DNA from: an uncultured bacterium
Lineage (GTDB): Bacteria > SAR324 > NAC60-12
DNA length: 64,000 bases
Reading direction: 5' to 3'
Assembly: GCA_965662235.1 (NCBI GenBank)
Contig: CBFIGY010000001.1
Location: forward strand, 224,001 to 288,000
The position numbers and the translations under genes were made by a program. Below, piece by piece: positions 38,835 to 49,416 of this stretch. Under the pieces are notes generated by a model that worked only from the letters and a program-made list of their open reading frames with translations, was not told where the DNA came from and searched no databases. The first letter of the stretch is position 1. Each line of letters opens with the position of its first letter.

Positions 38835-40127
38835 ATGAGCGTCAATATTGAGGATGTCCAACACTTGGTTGACCGTCAGAACCAGTGGCGAGGCCAAGAA
38901 GCCATCAACCTCATTGCCAGTGAAAACGTCCAGTCTCCTGCCGTCAAGCAGATTGAGGCCAACGACTTCATGGGACGTTACGCCGAAGGGCATCCCAATA
39001 CTCCGGACGCTGACCGGCGTTACTATGAAGGCACTCGCTACATTGATGAGATTGAGGCGATGGCCACCAAGGAGTTTCTGGAACTCGCCGGGTGCAAGCA
39101 GGCGGACGTCCGTCCCATCAGTGGCAATGCCGCCAACACCGCGGTCGCCCTTGCGCTGCTCCGGGGAGGCGACACCGTCATTGTGAACTCCATCGATGTG
39201 GGCGGACACATCAGCCACAACCCAATTGGGGTGGTCGGACGCCGCATTCAGGTCCGGGGGCAGGCACTGCTTCCTGGACGAGACAACTCCATCAACCTGC
39301 ACTTCTGGCCCACCACAGAGGACGGCTGGCACCTAGACCCGGCCAAGTGCGTGGACTTGGTGGAGCAGACCAATCCCAACATGGTGCTGCTGGGCAAAAG
39401 CCTGTTCCTCTTCCCGGAGCCGGTAAAAGAAATCGCCGAAGTCTGTCGAGCAAAAGGCATCCCGGTTCTTTACGACGGTGCTCACGTCCTTGGACTGATC
39501 CTCGGAGGTCAGTTTCAGAACCCGTTTGCCGAGGGCGCCCACTTCATCAATGCAAGCACACACAAGACCTTCCCGGGGCCTCAGCGAGGGGTCATCCTTG
39601 GCAACCTAGAAGGTGAGAAAGAGCTCAAGTGGTGGGAAAGCATTGACCGAGGAGTCATGCCCGGCTCCTCCAGCAGCCACCACCTGCACACCCTTCCCGG
39701 ACTGTTGGTCACCATCCGGGAGATGCAGGCCAGCGGAGCTGCGTATGCCGCTCAAACCGTCCGCAATGCTCAGGCTTTGGGACAGGCGCTTCACGACTCG
39801 GGGGTCCAGGTGGAGGCCGCTGAGTTTGGCTTCACCCAGAGTCACCAGATTGCCCTCAACGTCTCAGCGTATGGTCCCGGAAAGGCCATTGCGCGTCGGC
39901 TGGCAGACAACAACATCATCCTCAACTACAACATGCTCCCGGGTGACACTGATGCTCGCAACCCCACTGGATTGCGGATTGGGGTGCAGGAGATGACCCG
40001 CTATGGCATGAAAGAGGGGGAAATGGGAGAACTGGCGGAGCTGATGAAGGACGTCCTTGAGGGCAAGAACGCAATGGAGGGCGTGAAGCGACTCCGGAGC
40101 CGCTTCACTGAGGTTCAGTACTGCTGA
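38835..40127 (+). CDS. glyA: Serine hydroxymethyltransferase, archaeal-type sequence
   Basis: NLIASEN, RYAEG, GGHISH, DGAHVLG, STHKTFPGPQ (PLP Lys) and GLRIG. Confidence 0.9.
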   Translation: MSVNIEDVQHLVDRQNQWRGQEAINLIASENVQSPAVKQIEANDFMGRYAEGHPNTPDADRRYYEGTRYIDEIEAMATKEFLELAGCKQADVRPISGNAANTAVALALLRGGDTVIVNSIDVGGHISHNPIGVVGRRIQVRGQALLPGRDNSINLHFWPTTEDGWHLDPAKCVDLVEQTNPNMVLLGKSLFLFPEPVKEIAEVCRAKGIPVLYDGAHVLGLILGGQFQNPFAEGAHFINASTHKTFPGPQRGVILGNLEGEKELKWWESIDRGVMPGSSSSHHLHTLPGLLVTIREMQASGAAYAAQTVRNAQALGQALHDSGVQVEAAEFGFTQSHQIALNVSAYGPGKAIARRLADNNIILNYNMLPGDTDARNPTGLRIGVQEMTRYGMKEGEMGELAELMKDVLEGKNAMEGVKRLRSRFTEVQYC

Positions 40128-41345
40128 CTATGCCGCCTCCGCCTGCTGAGACTTCTTGGCACGGTGGAGGTATTGGTTGAGCTTGATCCGGACCAACTGG
40201 TCCACTTCCCGGAACTTGAGGTGGAGGTTAAACGCGCCTCCATTTCCTACCACTCGCACCACGCTGGCGGCCATCACTCCACGAAGGTTCGCCCGCGCTA
40301 GGTGAAACTCCATCACATCTCCAGGCGAGATCTCCGGGTTTGGCATGGAGTTGATGGTGATCATCATCCCTCCTGCACTCATGTCGATCACCTTGGCGCT
40401 CAGCGGGATCCGAGCACCACGCTCGTGCCCAAAGCCCTTCTCTAGGTCATACTGAGCCTCCTGAATGAAGCTGAAGTCCATCGTCATGCCCAACGGAATG
40501 CGCTCCGACTCCCGGATGACCATCTTCCGGATGGAGTCCGTGTGGCCCAGCACCACTGCTGCATTGCCATCGGTGAGCTGATCCAGCACCCGCACCTGAA
40601 ACTCATAATCCGCATCGCCCTCTCGTCGCATCTGACAGGAGACCTGCGGGAACTGCTTCATGTTCGCCGGACGGCGCTTCACCATCGGAGGCTTGATCAT
40701 GAAGCGGTCCTCATGCACCTCCAGCACGGTGGTGATGAAGTTCACCATCTTGTTCTTGTGAACCAGCTGGCACTCCAAACGAACGTTCGGCACCAGCATC
40801 TGCGTCAGCAGGAAGGGCACTTCCGGATTCTTGATGTTGAAGCTGAGGCTGTTCCGGAGCTGGAATATCTTTGGCTGCTTGTCTGGCTTGAAGCGAGGAG
40901 AGGACTTATAGGCGGCCACCTGCTGCTCAAATAGCTTCGGATCCTTCACCACCGGGAGCAGCTCAACCGGGTCGTCAGTGCCACACAGCTCATGCAGGAA
41001 GCTCCGGGTGGTCTCTTCGACCTTCTTGCCCTCAAGCTCCGAATCCAGCCCCATCTGCGCCTGCTCGTCTGCAATCTGCTCCATTTCCATCTTGGCTTGG
41101 CGCTCCCGCAGGTAGCGGATGCCAAAAACGGAACCAATGCTTCCGAACACCAGAATAAAGAGGGTGATCCAAAAGGAGATGGGCCAGGAGGAAGGCGGTG
41201 GCATCGCCTGGAACATGTTCTTGGTTTCCAGGTCAGACAGCTTCATCTTGTCCTGCGCCTGTGCCGTCAGAGCACTCAGCGACAGCACCAGCAGCAGGGT
41301 TCCCTTGTGCAGCAGGGACTCAAACAGACGGCGATTGATGGTCAT
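40128..41345 (-). CDS. Membrane-anchored PilZ-domain (c-di-GMP-binding) protein
   Basis: Signal-like N-terminus, TM helix, YcgR-N-like region, and RESER (RxxxR) plus DMSAGG (DxSxxG) PilZ motifs. Confidence 0.8.
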   Translation of the reverse strand: MTINRRLFESLLHKGTLLLVLSLSALTAQAQDKMKLSDLETKNMFQAMPPPSSWPISFWITLFILVFGSIGSVFGIRYLRERQAKMEMEQIADEQAQMGLDSELEGKKVEETTRSFLHELCGTDDPVELLPVVKDPKLFEQQVAAYKSSPRFKPDKQPKIFQLRNSLSFNIKNPEVPFLLTQMLVPNVRLECQLVHKNKMVNFITTVLEVHEDRFMIKPPMVKRRPANMKQFPQVSCQMRREGDADYEFQVRVLDQLTDGNAAVVLGHTDSIRKMVIRESERIPLGMTMDFSFIQEAQYDLEKGFGHERGARIPLSAKVIDMSAGGMMITINSMPNPEISPGDVMEFHLARANLRGVMAASVVRVVGNGGAFNLHLKFREVDQLVRIKLNQYLHRAKKSQQAEAA

Positions 41346-41462
41346 AGGGGCCTCATTTGAAACATTCCCAAGGACAGCAAAGAGCCAACACCGGACGTCT
41401 CCGGGTCGCTTGGAGAAAAGAATAGGGAAATCTCTTTCGGAGTACAAGAACTCTCGGCGAAA

Positions 41463-42305
41463 TCAGCTGACCTGATCGTAGCTGCCGAGCACCCGAATGC
41501 GGAACTGAGACTGGATCAGCGACTCCAGGCAGGCGGTCACCCCAGTTGTGTTGTAGAAGTCCACATAGAAGACGTACGCCCACGGGATGGTCTTGGAGGG
41601 GCGAGACTCAAGCCGGCACAGGTTGATGCCGTACTGCTGAAAGATGCTGAGGAGTTCGTAGAGGAGGCCCGATCGGTCTTCGTGCAGTTCCACAAAGATA
41701 GAGGTCTTTCGCCGAGTGAAGTCAAACGATTCCTCGCCCTCCATGCGACGGACCACCAGAAAACGGGTGGTGTTGTTGGAGTAGTCCTGGATGTCTTCCT
41801 GAAAGATCCGGTCCGGGTACTTGTCGGCAAAGGAGGTCGGCACCACAGCAGCTCCCCTGAAGTCCGGATCTGCGACAGCGTCCAGGAAACGGACCCCGGA
41901 GTCCACGTTGCTGTCGGAAAAGACGCAGCGGGCATGTGGAAGGTGCTGGGCTAGGAACTGGCTGGTCTGTTCGTACGCCTGAGGGTGTGCGTAGCAGGTT
42001 TGCGCCTCATCAGGAGCCCCTTGGAGCAGCAATGCGTACCGCACCGGCACGATCACCTCTCCAATCACTCGGAGCTGATCCGATACCAACGCATCCTGCA
42101 CCGGAGCAATGGTCCCGGCCACCGAGTTTTCCACAGGCACCACTCCAACGCTCCCGGGTTGCTGCGAGACGTTCAAGACGGCCTCTTGAAAGGTCCGGGT
42201 GTAGTGGATCGGGAGGTCGGAAGAAAAGGCGAGGCGCGCCGCTTCATCACTGAAGGTTCCCTGAGGACCCAGCGTGTAAATGATGGAAGCGGCTTCAGTC
42301 ATCAT
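41463..42305 (-). CDS. pheA: Prephenate dehydratase with ACT domain
   Basis: LGPQGTFS, VPVENSVAG, HPQA, NTTRF, NLCRLESRP and FYVD. Confidence 0.93.
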   Translation of the reverse strand: MMTEAASIIYTLGPQGTFSDEAARLAFSSDLPIHYTRTFQEAVLNVSQQPGSVGVVPVENSVAGTIAPVQDALVSDQLRVIGEVIVPVRYALLLQGAPDEAQTCYAHPQAYEQTSQFLAQHLPHARCVFSDSNVDSGVRFLDAVADPDFRGAAVVPTSFADKYPDRIFQEDIQDYSNNTTRFLVVRRMEGEESFDFTRRKTSIFVELHEDRSGLLYELLSIFQQYGINLCRLESRPSKTIPWAYVFYVDFYNTTGVTACLESLIQSQFRIRVLGSYDQVS

Positions 42306-42331
42306 GAGGGGAATAGGAAGGACTCCAACCC

Positions 42332-42523
42332 TCAGGCAGGCATTGTGAATCCGGAGCGGATGCACTGCGTGCAGACTCGACTCTTCACGCGGGTTCCGTC
42401 TCCAACGGGAATGCGGACCGTTTGCAAGTTCGGCATCCAGCGTCGCTTGGTCTTGTTATTGGCGTGGCTGACGTTGTTTCCGGTTCCCGGCGTTTTGCCA
42501 CAAATATCGCACTTGACAGACAT
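42332..42523 (-). CDS. rpmB: 50S ribosomal protein L28
   Basis: [26 protein letters not shown] and VCTQCIRSG. Confidence 0.97.
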   Translation of the reverse strand: MSVKCDICGKTPGTGNNVSHANNKTKRRWMPNLQTVRIPVGDGTRVKSRVCTQCIRSGFTMPA

Positions 42524-42697
42524 GAGTTGAACTCTCTTCGAAAGTCTTTAGGTAGAAGTCAAACTTGACATCATAAGACCTAGGTCTGAAAAATCAACCA
42601 ATTTTTCCGGTAACCGTGGTCGACGGTTGACACGTCACCGGGGAATTGCCAAGATCCGGAGGCACTCGTTACCCCCAACCCTGACCTCAGACTCACC

Positions 42698-43498
42698 ATG
42701 ACGCCCATCGAATCCCTCAAGCTCATCATGGCCCAGCTCCGGGACCCGCAGACCGGGTGCCCCTGGGACCGCGAACAGACCTTTGCCTCCGTGGCGCCTT
42801 ATACCATTGAAGAGGCCTATGAGGTCGCAGACGCCATCACGCGGCAGGACCTCTCTGCCCTTAAGGAGGAGCTGGGAGACCTGCTGCTGCAGGTGGTCTT
42901 TCACTCGCAAATGGCTGAAGAGTCCGGAGCATTCACCTTTGACGAGGTCGCCGAGGCCGTTGCCCAGAAAATGGTGGTGCGGCATCCCCACGTGTTTGGT
43001 GAAGATGCCCCACGCGATCAGGAACGGCACAGCACCCGCTGGGAGGATCAAAAGGCTCAGGAACGCCTGAAGAAGGCTCAGGAACGCGGAGAGGCCCCCA
43101 GCCTGCTGGACGATGTGGCCCTCGCTCTGCCGGCGTTGATGCGAGCAGAGAAGCTCAGCAAACGGGTCGCTCGGGTAGGATTTGAGTGGGAGACGGTGGA
43201 AGCGGTGCTGGAGAAGCTGCAGGAAGAAGTCGACGAGCTCGCAGCAGCCCGGGCTGAAGGGGACCAAGCCGGCATTGAGGAAGAGGTCGGCGATTTGCTC
43301 TATACTGTTTCCAACCTAGCCCGAAAGCTGAAGGTGGATCCGGAGGTGGCCCTCCGGCAGACCAACGCCAAGTTTGAGCGCCGCTTTCGCTTCATTGAGC
43401 AGGCACTTCGGCAGCAGGAGCGGTCTCCTGAGGACGCCAGCCTGGAAGAAATGGAGCAGCTGTGGGAGCAAGCGAAGCAGCAAGAGCGCTCGTCCTAA
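42698..43498 (+). CDS. mazG: Nucleoside triphosphate pyrophosphohydrolase MazG
   Basis: GCPWDREQT, EEAYEV, EELGDLLLQVVFH, RHPHVF, EEVGDLL and KFERRF. Confidence 0.96.
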   Translation: MTPIESLKLIMAQLRDPQTGCPWDREQTFASVAPYTIEEAYEVADAITRQDLSALKEELGDLLLQVVFHSQMAEESGAFTFDEVAEAVAQKMVVRHPHVFGEDAPRDQERHSTRWEDQKAQERLKKAQERGEAPSLLDDVALALPALMRAEKLSKRVARVGFEWETVEAVLEKLQEEVDELAAARAEGDQAGIEEEVGDLLYTVSNLARKLKVDPEVALRQTNAKFERRFRFIEQALRQQERSPEDASLEEMEQLWEQAKQQERSS

Positions 43499-44450
43499 AG
43501 GCCCCGGGCCGATAGAACTTCCCCTGCCAAGAGTCTTCCGCCGCCAGCTGATCCTCAATGAACTGATGGGGTCGCATGCGCTCCCGGGTCCAGTCGGGCG
43601 CCACCAGTTCCTCCCACCGAGAGGCAACAGCGGTCAGGCGATGCACCGCCACCTCGGGCGCCAGATGCTCCAGGAACACCTGCACGCGCCGGGCGTATTC
43701 CTCCAGCTCCAACGGCACAAACCCTCCAGCGTGATAAAGCTGCTCCAGCGGCGTCTTCCGGAGCACATGCAGGTTGTGGAGCTTCACCCCCTGCACCTTG
43801 AGATCAGAAAGCAGCTCTGCGGTGGCCCGGAGCTGAGCATCCGTTTCACCGGGAAGGCCCAGCATCAGATGAACGCACAGGTCGAGCTGAGGAATCTGCT
43901 GCAGCTTGTGGATTGCCTTCAGAGAGCTGGCACTGTCGTGGCCACGCGAGAGGAAGTCCAGCTGCGCGTCATCAAACGTCTGGGCGCCCAGCTCCACCGA
44001 AAGGTAGCGCTCTGCCGCAATGCGCTCAAACACCCGAAGCACCGCTTTGGGCAAACAGTCCGGACGGGTGCCCACCACCAGACCCAGCACATCGGTTTCT
44101 GTCAGAGCCTGCTCATACAGCTGCTCCAGCTCCCGGACGCGACCGAAAGTATTGGTGTAGGCCTGAAAGTAAACCAGGAACTTGTTGGCTTTGTACCGGC
44201 GACGAATCCGTTCCCGGTGCAGGTGAATCTGCTCCCGGAGGGGCTGCTCCCGTTGCTGATGGTAAGCCGCGGAGCCCCACTCGTCACAGAAGACGCACAC
44301 CTTCATGCCTCCCAGGCCTTCACGGTTGGGACAGGTTTCGGCAATGGAGACGCTGACCTTGAACACCTTCTCTCCAAAGCGTTCAAGGTTCAGTTGACTG
44401 AGGGGACGGTAGCGTTTGGCGTGCAGGAACTCGGGGCGTGAACCGCTCAT
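43392..44450 (-). CDS. TIGR01212 (YhcC/YtqA-like) radical SAM protein
   Basis: TCPNREG...CVFC, YFQAYTNT, GTRPDCL, ELGAQT, GLPGE and GVKLHNL. The ATG overlaps the rodZ stop. Confidence 0.9.
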   Translation of the reverse strand: MSGSRPEFLHAKRYRPLSQLNLERFGEKVFKVSVSIAETCPNREGLGGMKVCVFCDEWGSAAYHQQREQPLREQIHLHRERIRRRYKANKFLVYFQAYTNTFGRVRELEQLYEQALTETDVLGLVVGTRPDCLPKAVLRVFERIAAERYLSVELGAQTFDDAQLDFLSRGHDSASSLKAIHKLQQIPQLDLCVHLMLGLPGETDAQLRATAELLSDLKVQGVKLHNLHVLRKTPLEQLYHAGGFVPLELEEYARRVQVFLEHLAPEVAVHRLTAVASRWEELVAPDWTRERMRPHQFIEDQLAAEDSWQGKFYRPGAFRTSALAASLAPTAAPFLPGWRPQETAPAAEVPAQ

Positions 44451-45394
44451 TGAGCCGAAAGGGTACTGAGGAAATCCCGGTCCAGGGTCAACTGAACCAG
44501 CTTGGGCGGGTCCTTCTCCAGCGGAACCGACTTCCCATCTAAGGAAAGCAGCACCGAACGGGAGTTGCCGATGATGATCTGGAACCCGCTGTTGGCTTCC
44601 CACTCGAAGGTGTCGCTGGGGTCAAACTTGACGTCAATCGGCGTTTGGTCGTCCACAGCAATGCCCACCCAGGTTGGCTCAAGGGCTTCCACCTTGAGCA
44701 GCAACGGCAAAACCGGCGCCACGGCAGGAGCTTCAGCTTCTGGAGCCTCCGCTGCTGCAACAGTTTCCGGCTCTCCTGCAGGAGCTTCAGCTTCCGGAAC
44801 CTCGGCCTCAGCAACCACTTCGGCTTCGGGCTCAGCAGTTTCTTCTACCGCAGCAGGGGCTTCTTCGACAGGAGCACCTTCCGGAGCCTCTGCAACGGAA
44901 TCAGTAGGAGCTGCTTCTGCAGAGGCTTCCGGCGTCTCTGGCGCCTCAGGCTCGGTGGCCACGGTTTCGGGCTCAGGCGTGAAGGTGTTTTCCGGGAGGT
45001 AGAGGTACACAATGAGGGCCACTGCCAGCACAATTGCTCCGAGCGCCACCTTGGTCCAGACGTTGGCAGTGGCAGGCGGTTCCGAAATCCGGACGGCCTT
45101 GACCCGCTGCAGGGTGTGATTCGAATCCTTTTCGCCCAGCAACCCGCTCAGGCGCTGCTGCAACGACTCGGTGTCCACACCAATGTAGTTGGCATAGGAA
45201 CGCATGAAGCCCCGCATGAAGACCGGGCCTGGGGGAGAGTGAAAGTCTCCCTCTTCCAACGCCTTCAGCGAGTTGAGGTTCACGTGAATGGCCTCGGCCA
45301 CTTCTGCAAGGTCAAGCTTTTGGGCCTCTCGGGCAGTCCGGAGGTCCTGTCCAATTTGCTGGAGACTATCCTCAACCGTTTCTGTTTCTTCCAT
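44447..45394 (-). CDS. rodZ: Cytoskeleton protein RodZ (HTH, TM, DUF4115)
   Basis: IGQDLRTARE, ALEEG, RGFMRSYANYIG, TM helix, Ala/Glu/Pro linker and WV...D...IGN. Confidence 0.85.
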   Translation of the reverse strand: MEETETVEDSLQQIGQDLRTAREAQKLDLAEVAEAIHVNLNSLKALEEGDFHSPPGPVFMRGFMRSYANYIGVDTESLQQRLSGLLGEKDSNHTLQRVKAVRISEPPATANVWTKVALGAIVLAVALIVYLYLPENTFTPEPETVATEPEAPETPEASAEAAPTDSVAEAPEGAPVEEAPAAVEETAEPEAEVVAEAEVPEAEAPAGEPETVAAAEAPEAEAPAVAPVLPLLLKVEALEPTWVGIAVDDQTPIDVKFDPSDTFEWEANSGFQIIIGNSRSVLLSLDGKSVPLEKDPPKLVQLTLDRDFLSTLSAQ

Positions 45395-45397
45395 GAC

Positions 45398-45736
45398 TCA
45401 TGTGGGGGAGTGAAGACGATAGCCTAGGCGTTCGCAAAAAAAACCAAACTGCTGGTCCGGAGCTTGGCTCTGGTGAAGAAGGTGCAGTGCCGCGCTGATG
45501 ATGGGAGGCGGGTACTTGCGCAAGGTGTATCCGGATGCCTCCGGTCCCAATGCCTGCCGAACCAGGGGTAAAAAAGGCACCTCCGGAAGCGCCTCTTGCT
45601 GAAGCAGCGGAAAGAGCTCTTGGCAAATCCGATCATACTCAGCATCTGAAATCAGAGTCTCTCCTAATTGATAATACAGGAAGGAGTGAACGAGGTACTG
45701 TCGGATCAGACGCTGTAGAGAGGCGACTTGGGACAA
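45398..45736 (-). CDS. Stand-alone NAD-dependent DNA ligase domain Ia-like protein
   Basis: HSFLYYQLGETLISDAEYDRI matches the LigA Ia motif; 112 aa with no ligase core; ends 3 bp before the rodZ start. Confidence 0.7.
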   Translation of the reverse strand: MSQVASLQRLIRQYLVHSFLYYQLGETLISDAEYDRICQELFPLLQQEALPEVPFLPLVRQALGPEASGYTLRKYPPPIISAALHLLHQSQAPDQQFGFFCERLGYRLHSPT

Positions 45737-45839
45737 AAGGAGGTGGTAAAAGAAAAAGTAGACGGAAAGCAGGCGAACCGATATGCTTCCAAGCTAGAAT
45801 TACCCCATAATTTCGCAAGGCTTTTCCTCGTTTTTGTCC

Positions 45840-46712
45840 ATGGGTGTTTCGCTCTCCAAGCTGGTCCGCTGGACTCGGCGCTGCCAAAAGAAACAGCTTC
45901 ATCACTTTCTTCCCTTTGTTGTCGCGGGTGAAACGGTCGGTTGGATCCCCAAGGCACACCTCCGTCGCTTCTGGGAACACCCTCAGACCTTTCAGGTGCA
46001 AGAAGATGCGGTGGCTTTGGCTCCGGAGCTGAATCAGCCCGAGCAGCGGTCTCAAGCGGTTGCTGCAGTTTTGCAAGAATGGCGAGAGCGAGCGTGGATT
46101 CCCGGATGGCGGGAGGAGCCGTATCGGGTTTCAACAGCTTTTGATGCTCCGCCGCTGCTGCAGATTGAACGAGCGGCCGCGGCCCTTTTCGGCGTCTGCA
46201 GTTACGGCGTGCACTTCAACGGTTTTGTCCGGAAGCCAGAGGGCCTCTACCTCTGGATTGCACGGCGTGCCCAGGATCGGCCTCAGTACCCCGGGTTGCT
46301 GGACCATGTGGTTGCCGGAGGACTGACGGCAGGCCAGAGCGCCCGAGAAGTCGCGCTGCGTGAGTGCTGGGAAGAAGCAGGCATTCCTCTGGAACTGGCT
46401 GAACGTTCGCAGCCAACCGGGTTTGTGTCGCTCTTCATGGACCACAACGGGCTCATCAAACGGGACCTGCTCTTTACCTTCGACCTGGAACTGCCTCCTG
46501 ATTTTACCCCTCATAACACCGACGGCGAGGTCGAGTCCTTCCAGCTGCTTCCGGCAGAGGAAGTCCTCCAGCGGGTCGCTGAGACCGATGACATCAAACT
46601 CAACTGCAACCTCGTCCTGATCGATTTCTTTGTCCGTCACGGGCTCTTGGACCCCGATGCGCCGCTCTACTCGGAGCTGGTGCTGGGGCTGAGGAACCCG
46701 GACTGCCGCTAA
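45840..46712 (+). CDS. Nudix hydrolase with DUF4743 N-domain
   Basis: GWREE, IERAAAALFGV, GVHFNG, YPGLLD, Nudix box GGLTAG...RECWEEAG and DGEVESF. Confidence 0.88.
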   Translation: MGVSLSKLVRWTRRCQKKQLHHFLPFVVAGETVGWIPKAHLRRFWEHPQTFQVQEDAVALAPELNQPEQRSQAVAAVLQEWRERAWIPGWREEPYRVSTAFDAPPLLQIERAAAALFGVCSYGVHFNGFVRKPEGLYLWIARRAQDRPQYPGLLDHVVAGGLTAGQSAREVALRECWEEAGIPLELAERSQPTGFVSLFMDHNGLIKRDLLFTFDLELPPDFTPHNTDGEVESFQLLPAEEVLQRVAETDDIKLNCNLVLIDFFVRHGLLDPDAPLYSELVLGLRNPDCR

Positions 46713-47573
<861 letters not shown>

Positions 47574-47664
47574 GACCACTTCCTGGGGCCCTTCCGGCCT
47601 CTTTTGAAACGGTGTAGGCCCCATCCTGTTTCTTGCCTACGCCACGACTTTTAGGAGACGAACC

Positions 47665-48450
47665 ATGTGCCGTTGGTTGGCGTACACAGGGGTCCCGGTT
47701 TACCTGGAGACCATGCTTTACGAGCCCGAGAACTCCCTCATTGAGCAGAGCCTTCATGCCCGAGAAGGCAAAACAGCGGTCAACGCCGACGGCTTTGGCA
47801 TTGGCTGGTACACGGAACGGAGCACCCCAGGCGTCTACCGGGAGGTGCTGCCTGCGTGGAGTGACAGCAACCTCCGGAACCTTTCGGCGCACATTGAGTC
47901 TGGGATGTTCCTAGCGCACGTCCGCGCCGCCACCCACGCCGAGACATCCCGAGTCAACTGCCACCCCTTCACCCACGAGCGGTGGTTGTTCATGCACAAC
48001 GGACAGATTGGCAACTACGCCCACATCCGCTGGAAGCTGGACCGCCTCATTCCAGAGCACCTCTACCCCATCCGGCACGGTGCCACCGACAGCGAGCTCC
48101 TGTTCTGTCTGCTCTTTGCCAACGGATTGGAGGAACACCCGGAAGAAGCGCTCCGGAAGACCCTGGCGCAGGTGATTGAGGTCATGGAGGCTTCTGAAAC
48201 CCAGGAACCCTTCCGCTTGACGGCTGCTCTCAGCAACGGAGAGACCCTTTACGCGGTCCGTTTCTCTACCGATGACAAGCCACCGTCTCTCTACTGGCAA
48301 CAGGGAGAGCAGCACGTGATGGTTTCTTCGGAACCCCTAGAGGTTGAGACGCCCAACCGGTCCTGCTGCTGGGAGCCTGTTTCCTCAAATCAGCTGCTGA
48401 CGGTGCATCAGGGCACCGTCACGCACCAGCAGTTCTCTCCCTCACTTTGA
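47665..48450 (+). CDS. Class II glutamine amidotransferase (EgtC/DUG3-like)
   Basis: MCRW (N-terminal Cys), NADGFGIGWY, HVRAAT, NCHPF, HNG, TDSE and SEPL. Confidence 0.88.
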   Translation: MCRWLAYTGVPVYLETMLYEPENSLIEQSLHAREGKTAVNADGFGIGWYTERSTPGVYREVLPAWSDSNLRNLSAHIESGMFLAHVRAATHAETSRVNCHPFTHERWLFMHNGQIGNYAHIRWKLDRLIPEHLYPIRHGATDSELLFCLLFANGLEEHPEEALRKTLAQVIEVMEASETQEPFRLTAALSNGETLYAVRFSTDDKPPSLYWQQGEQHVMVSSEPLEVETPNRSCCWEPVSSNQLLTVHQGTVTHQQFSPSL

Positions 48451-48480
48451 TTTCACCTATGACTGATCAAGAGGTTTCCT

Positions 48481-49416
48481 ATGAGCTTTCATCATTGGCT
48501 GGACCGTTCTGAAGAGGTACAGGCCGCCCAGGCATCCGGAACACCGGTGGTTGCCCTAGAATCAACCATCATCTCACACGGCATGCCTTATCCGCAGAAC
48601 CTGGAAACCGCCCACTCCGTAGAAGCCATCATCCGGGAAGAAGGGGCTGTGCCAGCGACCATTGCGGTCATCGACGGACGCCTGAAGGTGGGACTTTCCG
48701 ACACGGAGCTGGAGCAGTTTGCTCAGAACCAGCAGATTGCCAAGGCGAGCCGGCGAGACCTACCGGTTCTGCTGGCCCAGAAGCGGAGCGGCGGCACAAC
48801 GGTGGCCGCCACCATGATCTGTGCTCACATGGCTCAGATTCCGGTGTTTGTGACCGGTGGCATCGGAGGGGTGCACCGGGAGATTGAAAAGACCCTCGAC
48901 ATCTCGGCAGACCTCGCTGAGTTGGCACACACCGATGTGGCGGTTGTCTGCGCCGGCATCAAGTCCATCCTCGATATCCCCAAGACGCTGGAATTTCTGG
49001 AGACGCAGGGCGTGCCCGTGATCGGCTTCCGGACACGAGAATTCCCGTCCTTCTACACGCCTTCGAGTGGCTGCCGCTCTCAGGTCCGGATGGATTCAGC
49101 AGATGAGATTGCAGAGTGCATGCAGATTAAGTGGGAGCTGGGCCTGAAGGGAGGGCTTGTGATTGGAAATCCGGTGCCGCCAGAAGATGCCATGGACGAG
49201 TCCCAAATTCAGCAGGCGATCTTGGAGTCGCTCAGTGAGGCGCAGAGTCAGCACATTGCAGGCAAGGAGGTGACGCCCTTCCTGCTGGAGCGCGTCAACC
49301 AACGGACGCAGGGACGAAGCCTGGCCAGCAACATTGCACTCATCCGCAACAACGCCCGCCTGGGCGCCCGGATTGCGGTCGCGTACCAGCGTCTCAAGGC
49401 TGCAGCACCCGCATGA
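48481..49416 (+). CDS. psuG: Pseudouridine-5'-phosphate glycosidase
   Basis: [44 protein letters not shown] and GKEVTPFLL. Confidence 0.95.
   Translation: MSFHHWLDRSEEVQAAQASGTPVVALESTIISHGMPYPQNLETAHSVEAIIREEGAVPATIAVIDGRLKVGLSDTELEQFAQNQQIAKASRRDLPVLLAQKRSGGTTVAATMICAHMAQIPVFVTGGIGGVHREIEKTLDISADLAELAHTDVAVVCAGIKSILDIPKTLEFLETQGVPVIGFRTREFPSFYTPSSGCRSQVRMDSADEIAECMQIKWELGLKGGLVIGNPVPPEDAMDESQIQQAILESLSEAQSQHIAGKEVTPFLLERVNQRTQGRSLASNIALIRNNARLGARIAVAYQRLKAAAPA

Noticed and set aside
42576..42587. 12-bp palindrome AGACCTAGGTCT in the rpmB promoter spacer
   Set aside because: Palindromes of this length arise by chance several times in 64 kb, and there is no other support.
44720..44980. Imperfect direct repeats (GGAGCTTCAGCTTC and similar)
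   Set aside because: They encode the Ala/Glu/Pro linker of RodZ and are not a CRISPR or mobile repeat.
48481..49416. psuG without an adjacent psuK as a novel pathway
   Set aside because: The kinase may simply be elsewhere in the genome; this cannot be judged from the window.
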